Virus record (IMG/VR): IMGVR_UViG_3300002231_000542
Location: 58,470-78,469 of that record
Length of the DNA stretch: 20,000 nucleotides
Origin: an uncultured virus (IMG/VR IMGVR_UViG_3300002231_000542)
Taxonomy: Duplodnaviria > Heunggongvirae > Uroviricota > Caudoviricetes
Reading direction: 5' to 3' (one strand)
Below are positions 1 to 8,631 of this stretch, one piece after another. The notes beneath the pieces were generated by a model that saw nothing but the letters and a program-made list of their open reading frames with translations, made no database searches and was not told the DNA's origin. The position numbers and the translations under genes are program-made. Position 1 is the first letter of the stretch; each line of letters opens with the position of its first letter.

Positions 1-1162
1 TTAATATAGCATACCAGAAGTCAATACTATCTACATAAGTCTCATTATCTCTAGCATTACAACCTAAATAGACTGGATTATCAGTTTTAGTGTAAACTAC
101 CTCATGCGCTGTTGGTTTAGCCTGTAATGGCATTACCGTTGGTGGTGAGTTATCTACTGTAGACTCAGAGGTGTTTTTACTTCTATCGATTATACGTTTA
201 TAATTGATATTAGGTCGTCTATCACCTATTCTCATAGTTATATCAAAACCACTACTGTCTAGTGAGTAGGTTACAGATAATAATGGCATCTGTGCAAATG
301 TGCCAGAACCATCTTTAGTAAGTTTAACATAACCATCTAATTTATTAAAGAATGGTGGAGCCATCCCGTAAGTTACTTTCTTTAATCTAATGGTATAACC
401 ATCTAAAGGTTCAAGTAGCTTCAGACAGATACCATCCCACCATTCATCAACTTGAGATAACTTAATATTGTCATCATTAATTGATATTATACGTTGTTTA
501 TGTGCTGTCTGGGAAGCTGTCTCTTCTGTAGAGTACTGCGTAGAAGGATAAACAACATGATTAACTATTAATTTATTTTTGATACCTAGTAAATCACTAT
601 CCACAGCTACTAGTCCATCAGGAGCTAGATCATCACTATATGAAACGAAGTCAGTCTTAGTAGAGTAGTCACCTACATCATAAGTATCTAATATAGAAGT
701 ACTTCTCTGATTAGTGTACATAGCTTTAGCGTTATCTACACCAAATACGAACTCTTCCGCAACTGATAAATCTACATTACCATTAGCTAAGTCAATACAT
801 TCCATAATAGTTGATTCTACACCATCATATTCATACGATACATCTACCGCAAATGACGGTAAAGTATTATTACCAGCACTATAAGTGATATTGGCGCTAG
901 AAGTAATAGCGACATTATTAGGTTGGTACTTACCACTAAAAACACCTCCACTAAATACATCTGTATATACATCTTGAATAGTAGTAGTGACTGCGGTGTC
1001 AGCACCATCAGTAGAACTCTCCATTAGGTTATATTCTAAGCCAGCTATCCTAGATAACTCACCTTCACAAGATACGTGAACTCTATCCACATAGAACTGC
1101 TCATCAGAGTAGTCATTTTGTATATCAGTGATAAAACCCCACCATACTATAGTAGAAATCAA
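1..1162 (-). CDS. Minor tail protein (distal tail/hub-like), C-terminal part, runs off the window edge; absent from the ORF track
   Basis: Manual translation: frame open from 1156 (STIVWWGFITDIQNDYSDEQFYVDRVHVSCEGELSRIAG...) to base 2 with no stop. It follows the tape measure gene. Probably continuous with 1159..1380 via a frameshift; a TTG at 1162 overlapping the TGA is an alternative start. Confidence 0.7.
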   Translation of the reverse strand, partial: MISTIVWWGFITDIQNDYSDEQFYVDRVHVSCEGELSRIAGLEYNLMESSTDGADTAVTTTIQDVYTDVFSGGVFSGKYQPNNVAITSSANITYSAGNNTLPSFAVDVSYEYDGVESTIMECIDLANGNVDLSVAEEFVFGVDNAKAMYTNQRSTSILDTYDVGDYSTKTDFVSYSDDLAPDGLVAVDSDLLGIKNKLIVNHVVYPSTQYSTEETASQTAHKQRIISINDDNIKLSQVDEWWDGICLKLLEPLDGYTIRLKKVTYGMAPPFFNKLDGYVKLTKDGSGTFAQMPLLSVTYSLDSSGFDITMRIGDRRPNINYKRIIDRSKNTSESTVDNSPPTVMPLQAKPTAHEVVYTKTDNPVYLGCNARDNETYVDSIDFWYAIL

Positions 1163-1380
1163 ACTGAAATCTGAACTATGTCAGATTCAGTTGCTGTAAC
1201 TGTAGACGCAGTTTTATATAACGTAAAAGAAGCACTGTCATAGTTCTTCTTATCTATTTGAGAAAATGTTAAACCTCTAACTACCATTTCTTCATCAGCT
1301 AAATTAGCGCCTAATGTCTCTGTATATGTTTCTTGCACTGTTGTGTAAGAACTATCATATATTTTAATTTCTACAATCAT
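1159..1380 (-). CDS. N-terminal part of the same minor tail protein (frameshifted at about 1157-1163)
   Basis: 73-aa ORF coupled to the tape measure stop (TAATG overlap at 1380). Joining across GTTTGATTTCT gives DIVQISVDSTIVWWGFI, typical of tail hub N-terminal domains. Confidence 0.6.
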   Translation of the reverse strand: MIVEIKIYDSSYTTVQETYTETLGANLADEEMVVRGLTFSQIDKKNYDSASFTLYKTASTVTATESDIVQISV

Positions 1381-4148
1381 TATGATATTGTACCTCCTCC
1401 ATCTCCACCTGTAAATTTAGTCTTAGCTCCTGAATTTGAAGAGGCTGCTTTTAGTACTTCTTGTATTTGCTTTAACAAGTGATTCTGGTCAATAGATACT
1501 TTTACATTACTTAGCTGCTTCTCTATCATCTGTTTATACTCTTTCCAGACACCTTCTTGCTCTTTAATACGTTGCTTAACGTCAGTTACAGCTATTTTAG
1601 AGTCTTTAACTAAATTTAAATTACTTGCATACTCTCGTATTAAAGCCATACCGGTTCTTATACTCTCGTTTACTTCATCAGAAGCTTCACCAAGACCCTC
1701 ATACTTTTTTTTCTCATCATCTAAGACAGCTACAGCTCCTGCAATATCTTGAGCAGTTAATGCACCTCCCGCACGTTGTTTACGTGATAAATTATCCAAA
1801 GCGGTGTCTATATTAGCTATAGAATTATCTATAATTTCTTCTTTATCAGCCCAGTTGGTTTCCTCATCAGCCAGAAGAGCCCTGTTAGCAGCAATATCAG
1901 CCTCTCTGAAACGCTTAGTCAAGTCTCTGGCTGTTTGAAGATTTTGCTCTTCTAAAGCCAACTCATCTTGTAGTTGTTGCTTTTTAATAGCGTTTTTTTC
2001 TTTAGCAAAATCCTCATCTAACTTCAGTATATCCTGTAAATAGGTTCTAGTTTGTGCTAACCTATCCTCATGAGCTTTATTTAAGTCTTTAGTGTGCTTT
2101 TCTTCTTCTTTTAGCTCATTTAATTTCCACTTGTTCTGACTTTTGGAGTTGGAAGCTTGCGCTTGTTGCTCAACCTTTATAGCTTTCAACTTTTCAGCTA
2201 ACTTAGCTCGTTGAGCCTGTGCTTCTTTTTTAGTAAGCTTGGTGTCTTCAGCTAATTTTTTATTAGAAGCTTTCCTAGCTTCCTCAAGAGCCTCTTCATT
2301 TGCCTTTGCGTCAGCATCAGCAAGTTTCTTAGCGTTTAATTTAGCATTAGCTTCGAGAAGATCAGCAGCTTCCTGCTTCAGTTTAAGTCTAATATTAGTT
2401 TCCCGTTCTAATCTCTGGTCATACTTCTTAGCTTCTTCTATAAAGATTTTTGCTTTTATAGCTTCTGTTTTCTTTAAAGCTTCTGCTTCTGTTATATTAC
2501 CCTGCTCAGTAAGAATTCTTATTTTATTAATATTTTCTTTATGAGACCTAAGACGCTCATTATAAAGTTTGCGGAAGACCCCTGTGATGTCATTAACTTG
2601 TCCCTCGTACTCACTTTTTATATCACGCAGTGCTTTATTAACAATAGTTTTAGAATCATTAAAGTATTTTTCTAGTTTATCTTTTTCAGACATCGTTAAT
2701 TCATTATATTTTTTAGTAGTTTCTTCAAAACGGTCTTGCAATAATTGAAACAGTTTCGTGTTACCACCATCTGAAACGGAAATTTGGTCTTGTATTACAC
2801 GTTTCAAATCACCCAGTAATTGTTGGTTATAATCTTTCGCAGCTTGTAAATGTTTCTGATTATTAAGATAATCAACAGTTTTTTTATCTTGATGATACTT
2901 GTCAATTAATCCAATTAGTGCATGAGAAGAAATTAACTGACTCTTATCAAGTTCGGCGTTATGCTCCACTTGCTGTTTAAATAATTTATCAAGATATTCA
3001 GCTTGGGCTTGAATAGCTTTAGCTTTGTTAAGTTTGCTAAAACTATTTGATTTATCAGCTTGAGCACGCACAGCTTTACCCCACCGTCTTAACCAAGCAA
3101 TGCCTTCTTTTATTGATCTTTGTTGTGCCAGATTTTGGTCTTCAAAGTAGGTAGTCCCCGCATCTGCGGCTTTACCAAAGTACTCTACTATTCCTGTAAC
3201 CTGCTTTTTTATAAACGGCAAAAGCTCACTCTTTTTTAGATACGAGGCGGCGCTAGCAAAAGCTTCTATAAATGATGTAAACTCATCTACATAACCTTTG
3301 TATGCAGCCTTCCCATCAATAACAGAGTTAGTCCATTTAAGTAGAGTATCTGTAATATCAGACAGTAATTTATTAAATTTAAGATTATTAGTAAAAAGAC
3401 CTCCCACAGCTTTAGAAAACTCACGTAAAGAAGCTGCAACATTTTTAGAACTTTTTTCATATCCTTGGAAAGCAGCTTGGGCCTGCCCACCAAATTCTAC
3501 ATCTAATTCTCGTAAGACTTCATTAAAACCATCAGTGGCTATTTTAGCTTTGTTAAAACTAACACCAACTCTAGTGAGTGTACTTTCAATACCAACGAAT
3601 GCCTTACCTACCTGAACAGCTGTACCTCTGAGGTGACGAGACCCCATAGCAGTAGCTAAGTCCAGAACTGCTACTGTAGATTTTTTGAGGGTATCCTGAT
3701 TCATTCTACCAAAAGTCTGAAGTATTGTCATAACTTCAGTAATCTCTTCAACTGTTCTTCCAGTTTGGAATTGAAGTAATAACGCAAATTTCTTATTCTC
3801 GTCAAAAGCTTGTTTAGTAAAAGTTCCTGAAGATTTCATAGATTGTTCTAGTTTACGGAACTCCTTCTTTGCCTTACTAGCTCCATCAATAAGACCCTTA
3901 AACCACTTAATACCTTTTATAACAGCATAGTATCCGACAATACCTTTTAAAGTTCTTGTAATATCTTTGATAGACTTAACAGCTGAATTAGAGCCTTTCT
4001 TTATAGCGTTACTAGCTCCACTACTACCTTTCTTAGCATTATTTATAGAATTCTGAGCAGAACTTTTAGTTTCTTCATCTATCCCATTCATAGCTTTCTT
4101 AGCATCTGAATAGACATCTTTAAAAGTCTTGCCTGAAGCGTTAGTCAT
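1380..4148 (-). CDS. Tail tape measure protein
   Basis: 922 aa, Ala/Lys/Glu-rich and helical, with a TMP-like core (VLDLATAMG...AVQVGKA...LTRVGV...EFGGQAQA). Located between tail tube and tail genes. True start probably 4272. Confidence 0.88.
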   Translation of the reverse strand: MTNASGKTFKDVYSDAKKAMNGIDEETKSSAQNSINNAKKGSSGASNAIKKGSNSAVKSIKDITRTLKGIVGYYAVIKGIKWFKGLIDGASKAKKEFRKLEQSMKSSGTFTKQAFDENKKFALLLQFQTGRTVEEITEVMTILQTFGRMNQDTLKKSTVAVLDLATAMGSRHLRGTAVQVGKAFVGIESTLTRVGVSFNKAKIATDGFNEVLRELDVEFGGQAQAAFQGYEKSSKNVAASLREFSKAVGGLFTNNLKFNKLLSDITDTLLKWTNSVIDGKAAYKGYVDEFTSFIEAFASAASYLKKSELLPFIKKQVTGIVEYFGKAADAGTTYFEDQNLAQQRSIKEGIAWLRRWGKAVRAQADKSNSFSKLNKAKAIQAQAEYLDKLFKQQVEHNAELDKSQLISSHALIGLIDKYHQDKKTVDYLNNQKHLQAAKDYNQQLLGDLKRVIQDQISVSDGGNTKLFQLLQDRFEETTKKYNELTMSEKDKLEKYFNDSKTIVNKALRDIKSEYEGQVNDITGVFRKLYNERLRSHKENINKIRILTEQGNITEAEALKKTEAIKAKIFIEEAKKYDQRLERETNIRLKLKQEAADLLEANAKLNAKKLADADAKANEEALEEARKASNKKLAEDTKLTKKEAQAQRAKLAEKLKAIKVEQQAQASNSKSQNKWKLNELKEEEKHTKDLNKAHEDRLAQTRTYLQDILKLDEDFAKEKNAIKKQQLQDELALEEQNLQTARDLTKRFREADIAANRALLADEETNWADKEEIIDNSIANIDTALDNLSRKQRAGGALTAQDIAGAVAVLDDEKKKYEGLGEASDEVNESIRTGMALIREYASNLNLVKDSKIAVTDVKQRIKEQEGVWKEYKQMIEKQLSNVKVSIDQNHLLKQIQEVLKAASSNSGAKTKFTGGDGGGTIS

Positions 4149-4152
4149 AGCT

Positions 4153-4272
4153 TTAAATATTCCAACTGAAGTTACCCCTTAGTTGCTTTATTTCTTCTAA
4201 GACAGCTGTCATCGTAGCTTTTACTTTATTTTTAGCACGAATCAAAATTTCGACGGATTGTCGTTTAGACAT
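4153..4272 (-). CDS. Out-of-frame N-terminus of the tape measure protein (39 aa)
   Basis: MSKRQSVEILIRAKNKVKATMTAVLEEIKQL resembles a typical TMP N-terminus. Removing one base in CTAAGGGGT (4175-4180) gives ...QLGVTSVGIFKAMTNASG, in frame with 4148. Confidence 0.65.
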   Translation of the reverse strand: MSKRQSVEILIRAKNKVKATMTAVLEEIKQLRGNFSWNI

Positions 4273-4354
4273 GTTTTAAAACCCTCAGAATGGCTTTTCA
4301 GCCATTTTTATAGTAAAACCTATACTTAGGTATAGGGTAGGTGTTTTAGATAGT

Positions 4355-4381
4355 AAAAAGGGGCATTCTCAGCCCCTTTTT
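4355..4381 (-). terminator. Intrinsic terminator after the tail tube gene (potentially bidirectional)
   Basis: AAAAAGGGGC-attctca-GCCCCTTTTT hairpin with T-tracts on both strands, about 10 nt after the tail tube stop. Confidence 0.7.
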
Positions 4382-4390
4382 AGCATTCTA

Positions 4391-5377
4391 TTACAGTGTA
4401 GCATCACCGTTTATGTTGGTGATTGTTATCTGGTCGGATTGATCATCTTTACCTAAGATAAAGGTGTACTTTTCAACCCTGTCTGAAGTCTCAATTCCAG
4501 GCTCCAGGGTAACTAACTTACACTCCTTCACAGCTATAGTGGTTGTGTAGTATGTGGAGCCTGTGACTAGTACGTCAGATGTGAGTGTAAGAATAACTGA
4601 TTGCTCAGTACTATTATCAAATGCTGACTTAATAGCAGCTCTAGTAGCTTGAGATACTTCTACAGTAAAGTCACCTTGGATAGGTGTAACATCACCTGGA
4701 ACAAACTTAGTAGGTGTGTTCTGAGAGATGTCACCATACTTAGCAGCAGTTCCTCTATTACCTGTGATAGAGAATGTAGACACGGGTACTGTGACCTCTG
4801 AGGCAAGTACTCCGATTTGGAATCCAATTTGGAAGTTATCAAACATCTTAGATGTAGCAATAGGTGCGAATGTTTCACCTGAAGCAGCCTCAGTGTAGTC
4901 CTTTGCCATCCAATCGTAATTCATAGTGATAATTCCAGGAGCTTCTACTGTCAATGTAAATGAAGTGATAACTACTGAATTGAATGTAAACCATTTACCA
5001 TCACTACCAACTTCTAAAGTCAAACCTTCTTCAAAGATGTCAACTTTATCAGCAGAAGTAGATGTAAGCTTATGCAAATGAGTATTTGCACCGACAACTG
5101 GTGTGTCTGCTGTAAAAGTATAATCACCAAAGAAGTGTTTCAATAGAATATCATGTTGTGAAGCAGAAAATTCTGTTTCTAATGTACCTGAGATATGGTA
5201 AAAGCCTTTACGACTTTCATTCTCGGAAGTGTTAGGATTTACCTGTGCTGATTTAATTGGTGTATCCTCGAATTGGTATGAACCGCCAGTAACACTAATC
5301 GAAAGTGTTGGAGTAACTGGAGTCCCCCATGCTGTTTGTGCTCCTAGTAAAGCACCATCTTGAATCTTAAAACTCAT
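4391..5377 (-). CDS. Major tail (tail tube) protein
   Basis: 328 aa, Thr-rich beta-type. N-terminal GAQTAWGTPVTPT motif and ISGTLETEF are typical of siphovirus tube proteins. Strong SD (AGAGGAG); lies upstream of the tape measure gene. Confidence 0.8.
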   Translation of the reverse strand: MSFKIQDGALLGAQTAWGTPVTPTLSISVTGGSYQFEDTPIKSAQVNPNTSENESRKGFYHISGTLETEFSASQHDILLKHFFGDYTFTADTPVVGANTHLHKLTSTSADKVDIFEEGLTLEVGSDGKWFTFNSVVITSFTLTVEAPGIITMNYDWMAKDYTEAASGETFAPIATSKMFDNFQIGFQIGVLASEVTVPVSTFSITGNRGTAAKYGDISQNTPTKFVPGDVTPIQGDFTVEVSQATRAAIKSAFDNSTEQSVILTLTSDVLVTGSTYYTTTIAVKECKLVTLEPGIETSDRVEKYTFILGKDDQSDQITITNINGDATL

Positions 5378-5403
5378 TATTATTCTCCTCTATTTAAAAA
5401 TTA

Positions 5404-5850
5404 TTAAACATTTCCGTTATAGTTATAGAAAAATCTATACATAGCGTTACGTTGTCTAGTTCCACCTATATTAAATGCACCAACATCACTATCAGTTAAT
5501 ATATATCTTTCACCAACTAGAGATAATGTTGAATTAGCATCTGTATCTAATACATTTTCTATCAGCTCTAAACCATTCATTATATCCCATTTAGAACTCT
5601 GTTCGTAATCGTAATACACACCAACGTCAATAGCTACAGTATCTTTCCTGCGTTGAGCGTACCTAGCTTCCCTAACTGAAGTAACTGGAATGATATTAAT
5701 ACAAGGAAAAATAACTCCATTTAGTTCATTTTCATCATCTACATCAAGCCATTCATATATACTCTCTGAACCAAACTCAGCTAGAATATTAGCATCTGTA
5801 GAGAGGAGACGATGTATCTCATTTATAAGTGTTTCAAATCTAAAAGCCAT
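5404..5850 (-). CDS. Putative tail terminator / tail completion protein
   Basis: 148 aa, acidic, with FPCINIIP motif; immediately upstream of the tail tube gene. Confidence 0.6.
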   Translation of the reverse strand: MAFRFETLINEIHRLLSTDANILAEFGSESIYEWLDVDDENELNGVIFPCINIIPVTSVREARYAQRRKDTVAIDVGVYYDYEQSSKWDIMNGLELIENVLDTDANSTLSLVGERYILTDSDVGAFNIGGTRQRNAMYRFFYNYNGNV

Positions 5851-6272
5851 TAGTCTGCCTCACTTCCTCGGTATATCTTAGTTGTACTAGTAGTTAGAGC
5901 ATCATCCTCAGTAGCTGTAGTAGCCCCAAGAGTCATCCAACCCTTAGCTATCTTTTCTAACATATCTTTAGCATCCACATAGGCTCTATCTATATCTTCA
6001 GGAACAGATTTCCTAGCTGAAAGCCATAAATAGTACTCTGTGATAGCAGCTGCTAAATACCGAACAAAATCAGTCTGTACATCAGAAGTCAGAGGAATAG
6101 TGTACCTAGTAGCTAGATAACCATTAATAACACTCTCAGCTTGAAGCATTTTCTTTTTTAACACATCAAGATTCACAGTAGTCGCTGTTTTATCATTAGG
6201 ATTAGTTAATTTAACTAATAACTGAGTTTCAATCCCTATATCTGCTCTTCGTAAGTAGACTGGATTAGCCAT
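5850..6272 (-). CDS. Head-tail adaptor, Mu gp36 / DUF1320 family
   Basis: Signature AESVINGYLATRYTIPL...LAAAITEYYLW...YVDAKDMLEKIAKG matches the DUF1320 pattern. Confidence 0.85.
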   Translation of the reverse strand: MANPVYLRRADIGIETQLLVKLTNPNDKTATTVNLDVLKKKMLQAESVINGYLATRYTIPLTSDVQTDFVRYLAAAITEYYLWLSARKSVPEDIDRAYVDAKDMLEKIAKGWMTLGATTATEDDALTTSTTKIYRGSEAD

Positions 6273-6504
6273 TATCTTTTACCTCTTTCTTCACCTTCTT
6301 AGGTTTTGTTAAAACAGGCTTAATTTTAACTGGAGCTTCCACTTTTTCTACTTCAACTACAGTTGACTTCTTTAAAGCTAAAAAGTCTCTTTTAGTGACC
6401 GTGTACTCTCTCCATTCTTTGGTATGTTTATAGCCCTGCACAGAGAACATCCTTCGTGGACTGTCTTGTGCCTTTAATCTTGATCTAATTTTTACTAACG
6501 CCAT
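6265..6504 (-). CDS. Small head-module protein, HI1506 / Mu gp35-like
   Basis: 79 aa; RRMFSVQGYKHTKEWREY...FLALKKSTVVEVEKV resembles HI1506-type proteins, which normally precede DUF1320. Confidence 0.5.
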   Translation of the reverse strand: MALVKIRSRLKAQDSPRRMFSVQGYKHTKEWREYTVTKRDFLALKKSTVVEVEKVEAPVKIKPVLTKPKKVKKEVKDNG

Positions 6505-6513
6505 TCCAATCTC

Positions 6514-6984
6514 CTATTTAAAAACTTTCCGTAATTCCTGTGCTATTAATTGTTCAAAGTCTACTCTATCAACAGCTTTCTTCATAAAACTATGTCTACC
6601 TTCTAGTACTAAACCATATAAAGGGGCTCTAGTAGTCCAACTTTCTTTTCTATCATAAAACTCAGACACCCACGTTCTCTTTTTCTTTGATGATTCTAAT
6701 GGTCGTTTCCTAACATTGACTTGATTCCTATAAGTATTTCTAATAATACCTACCCATGCTTCAATTTCATCTTTTTTACCAATAGTTCTAGGTGATGAAG
6801 TAATCCTGTTTCCCTTTAAGTCACCTGTATCGTTCTTGAAAGCAGTTGTTCGCTTAGCAAACAACTCTGCACTTCTAACACCTTTAAGTAATGCTCTACT
6901 TATAGCTACATTCATCTTCTTCATCATTTTAGATGTAGAATCTATAGAGCTAGTTGTAACTTCGACTTTAAAATCAATTGCCAT
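6514..6984 (-). CDS. Putative neck / head-completion protein (HK97-gp10-like)
   Basis: Basic protein with AKRTTAFKNDTGDLKG...YGLVLEGRHSFMKKAV. Start placed at ATG 6984, which overlaps the methyltransferase TAA, rather than 7011. Confidence 0.6.
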   Translation of the reverse strand: MAIDFKVEVTTSSIDSTSKMMKKMNVAISRALLKGVRSAELFAKRTTAFKNDTGDLKGNRITSSPRTIGKKDEIEAWVGIIRNTYRNQVNVRKRPLESSKKKRTWVSEFYDRKESWTTRAPLYGLVLEGRHSFMKKAVDRVDFEQLIAQELRKVFK

Positions 6985-7574
6985 TACTTTTCCTTTGGAG
7001 TTGCAAAACAAATATACTTATTAGTAGAACCTTTGTCATGAACTATCTTGAAGTACTTATTAATACGTTCCTTCCATTCTTCTATTGAAAATAAACTAAG
7101 ATGTAGTGGGTCATCCCCACCTTTAAAATTATCTTTAAATAGAGCTATCTCTAAATAAACCCCACCTGTACATACCTTACATAACTCTGACAGTACCTTA
7201 TTAACTTTCTCAGGTGGAATATGCTCTAACACATCTACTGAGTAAATAAAATCAAATACTGTTCCTTCTTTAAAGGGTAACTCCCAAAGAGTACCCTGCA
7301 CTAATCTATCACCAAAATTCTCTTCAATATCCGCATCAGCTATTCCAGTAGCTATATCAATACCAGTTACATCAAAACCTTCACGTAACATGTGTACCAA
7401 TGACCTACCTGTACCATATCCTGCGTCTAGCACTGTCTTAGCTCTGATTCTCTTAGCTAACCCAGCTACTTGCTTTATTATATGTAAAGCGGGTGAAAAT
7501 ACCCTATAGGCAGGTGTTTTGTAAATGTCACTGTACTTCTTCTCTTCTTTTAATGCTAATACTTCATCATACAT
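6984..7574 (-). CDS. Class I SAM-dependent methyltransferase
   Basis: Motif I VLDAGYGTG, VTGIDI, and FDFIYSVDVLEHIP. Confidence 0.88.
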   Translation of the reverse strand: MYDEVLALKEEKKYSDIYKTPAYRVFSPALHIIKQVAGLAKRIRAKTVLDAGYGTGRSLVHMLREGFDVTGIDIATGIADADIEENFGDRLVQGTLWELPFKEGTVFDFIYSVDVLEHIPPEKVNKVLSELCKVCTGGVYLEIALFKDNFKGGDDPLHLSLFSIEEWKERINKYFKIVHDKGSTNKYICFATPKEK

Positions 7575-8318
7575 TTATAATATGTCCTTTACATTAATAT
7601 TTTTATAACCATACACTTCCAAAGGGTCAATAATAGAAATTGGAGAGCAGTTGTACAAATGAACATCTGCATCATTATCTCGTACATATCTTCCCCATCC
7701 TCTAAAACCATCTATCATATGATCTAACATATGTTCTTTTTTACCAGCGTTATCATAATAGTTATGATAATGTGTTTTGGTCTTATCTTCACTAAATCTA
7801 CAATCCATCCCAAGTAAATAAATATCTTTAAATCCCAGAGAGATTGCTATTGAGATTGCAAATGTACCACAATTATTATAAGCAAAGTATCCCTTATTTT
7901 TGAAGTCCATTGTAGGGATGTCTACTTTATTTAAAAATGTTGTAGTATCATTATGTTCTTGTTCTAAACAGGCTGAGGGGGCATAAACACCCCCTTCTCC
8001 TGTAAATCCATCTATATCTTTACTAAAACGTTCATAAAAATTGATGTCATAGTAAACCATATACGTGCAGTTAAAATCTCTAACTGCAAGATTACATCCA
8101 AAAGTTACCTCTTCTTCGAGCTTGTATTTGATAGAGCTTTCTTCGGGCGACCTGGCTTCTTCTTCGTTCTTGTAGGAACTAAGAGATGATCCACCTCCAA
8201 TGATGAAGCATCTAATTCTTTCTGCCTCGCTACCAATTCTCGATCCATTTCTTCTAATCTTGCACGTTTCTCTTCGATTGCCTTCTCCGCTTCGTCTAAT
8301 TCCTTGTTCTGAGCCCAC
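7575..8318 (-). CDS. DUF115 / Maf (MptE-like) glycosyltransferase-fold protein
   Basis: RCFIIGGGSSL...TFGCN...YYD...AISLGFKDIYLLGMD...HYH...LYNCSPIS motif series. The GTG start has an AGAGGAG SD 8 nt upstream. Confidence 0.72.
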   Translation of the reverse strand: MGSEQGIRRSGEGNRRETCKIRRNGSRIGSEAERIRCFIIGGGSSLSSYKNEEEARSPEESSIKYKLEEEVTFGCNLAVRDFNCTYMVYYDINFYERFSKDIDGFTGEGGVYAPSACLEQEHNDTTTFLNKVDIPTMDFKNKGYFAYNNCGTFAISIAISLGFKDIYLLGMDCRFSEDKTKTHYHNYYDNAGKKEHMLDHMIDGFRGWGRYVRDNDADVHLYNCSPISIIDPLEVYGYKNINVKDIL

Positions 8319-8497
8319 GTATCAATCTCCTCTGAAACACTTGATGATGCTGTAACCCAGCCCATCTTTTTATACTTCTTAATGGCTTTCTCACCGAAAG
8401 CTTCGACTTGCTGGTCTCCTTCACGGTAAATCACTGACCTATCCTTTTTAGTAGGGTTTTTTTCAAAATATTCTGCTGTTAAAAGTCTGCTTGACAT
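8105..8497 (-). CDS. Hypothetical post-capsid protein with coiled coil and basic KKPGRPKK tail
   Basis: 130 aa, SD GGAGG, directly after the capsid gene. A GRP (AT-hook-like) basic tail is common in proteins at this position. Confidence 0.7.
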   Translation of the reverse strand: MSSRLLTAEYFEKNPTKKDRSVIYREGDQQVEAFGEKAIKKYKKMGWVTASSSVSEEIDTWAQNKELDEAEKAIEEKRARLEEMDRELVARQKELDASSLEVDHLLVPTRTKKKPGRPKKALSNTSSKKR

Positions 8498-8537
8498 ACT
8501 TCCTCCATTCTTGTGGTTGTTCCTACTTTTAAAAAGA

Positions 8538-8571
8538 TGTAAGAGATGCTAGAAAACCAGCATCTCTTACA
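8538..8571 (-). terminator. Intrinsic terminator-like hairpin 2 after the capsid gene
   Basis: 13-bp inverted repeat TGTAAGAGATGCT/AGCATCTCTTACA followed by TCTTTTT on the minus strand. Confidence 0.6.
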
Positions 8572-8592
8572 CCCCCAAGTAGGAGGTTTGTA

Positions 8593-8621
8593 TATAAAAC
8601 GGTCTTGTAGACCGTTTTATA
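8593..8621 (-). terminator. Intrinsic terminator-like hairpin 1 after the capsid gene
   Basis: 13-bp inverted repeat TATAAAACGGTCT/AGACCGTTTTATA, about 10 nt after the capsid stop. Confidence 0.6.
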
Positions 8622-8631
8622 GTAGGTTAAT

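Noticed and set aside
5850..6504. Mu-like transposable phage
   Set aside because: Only the gp35/gp36-like genes are Mu-type. Terminase, portal, capsid and tail are not, and no transposase or tail sheath gene is in the window.
6984..7574. DNA methyltransferase (anti-restriction)
   Set aside because: No DPPY/NPPY or PC catalytic motif; the pattern fits small-molecule/glycan class I methyltransferases.
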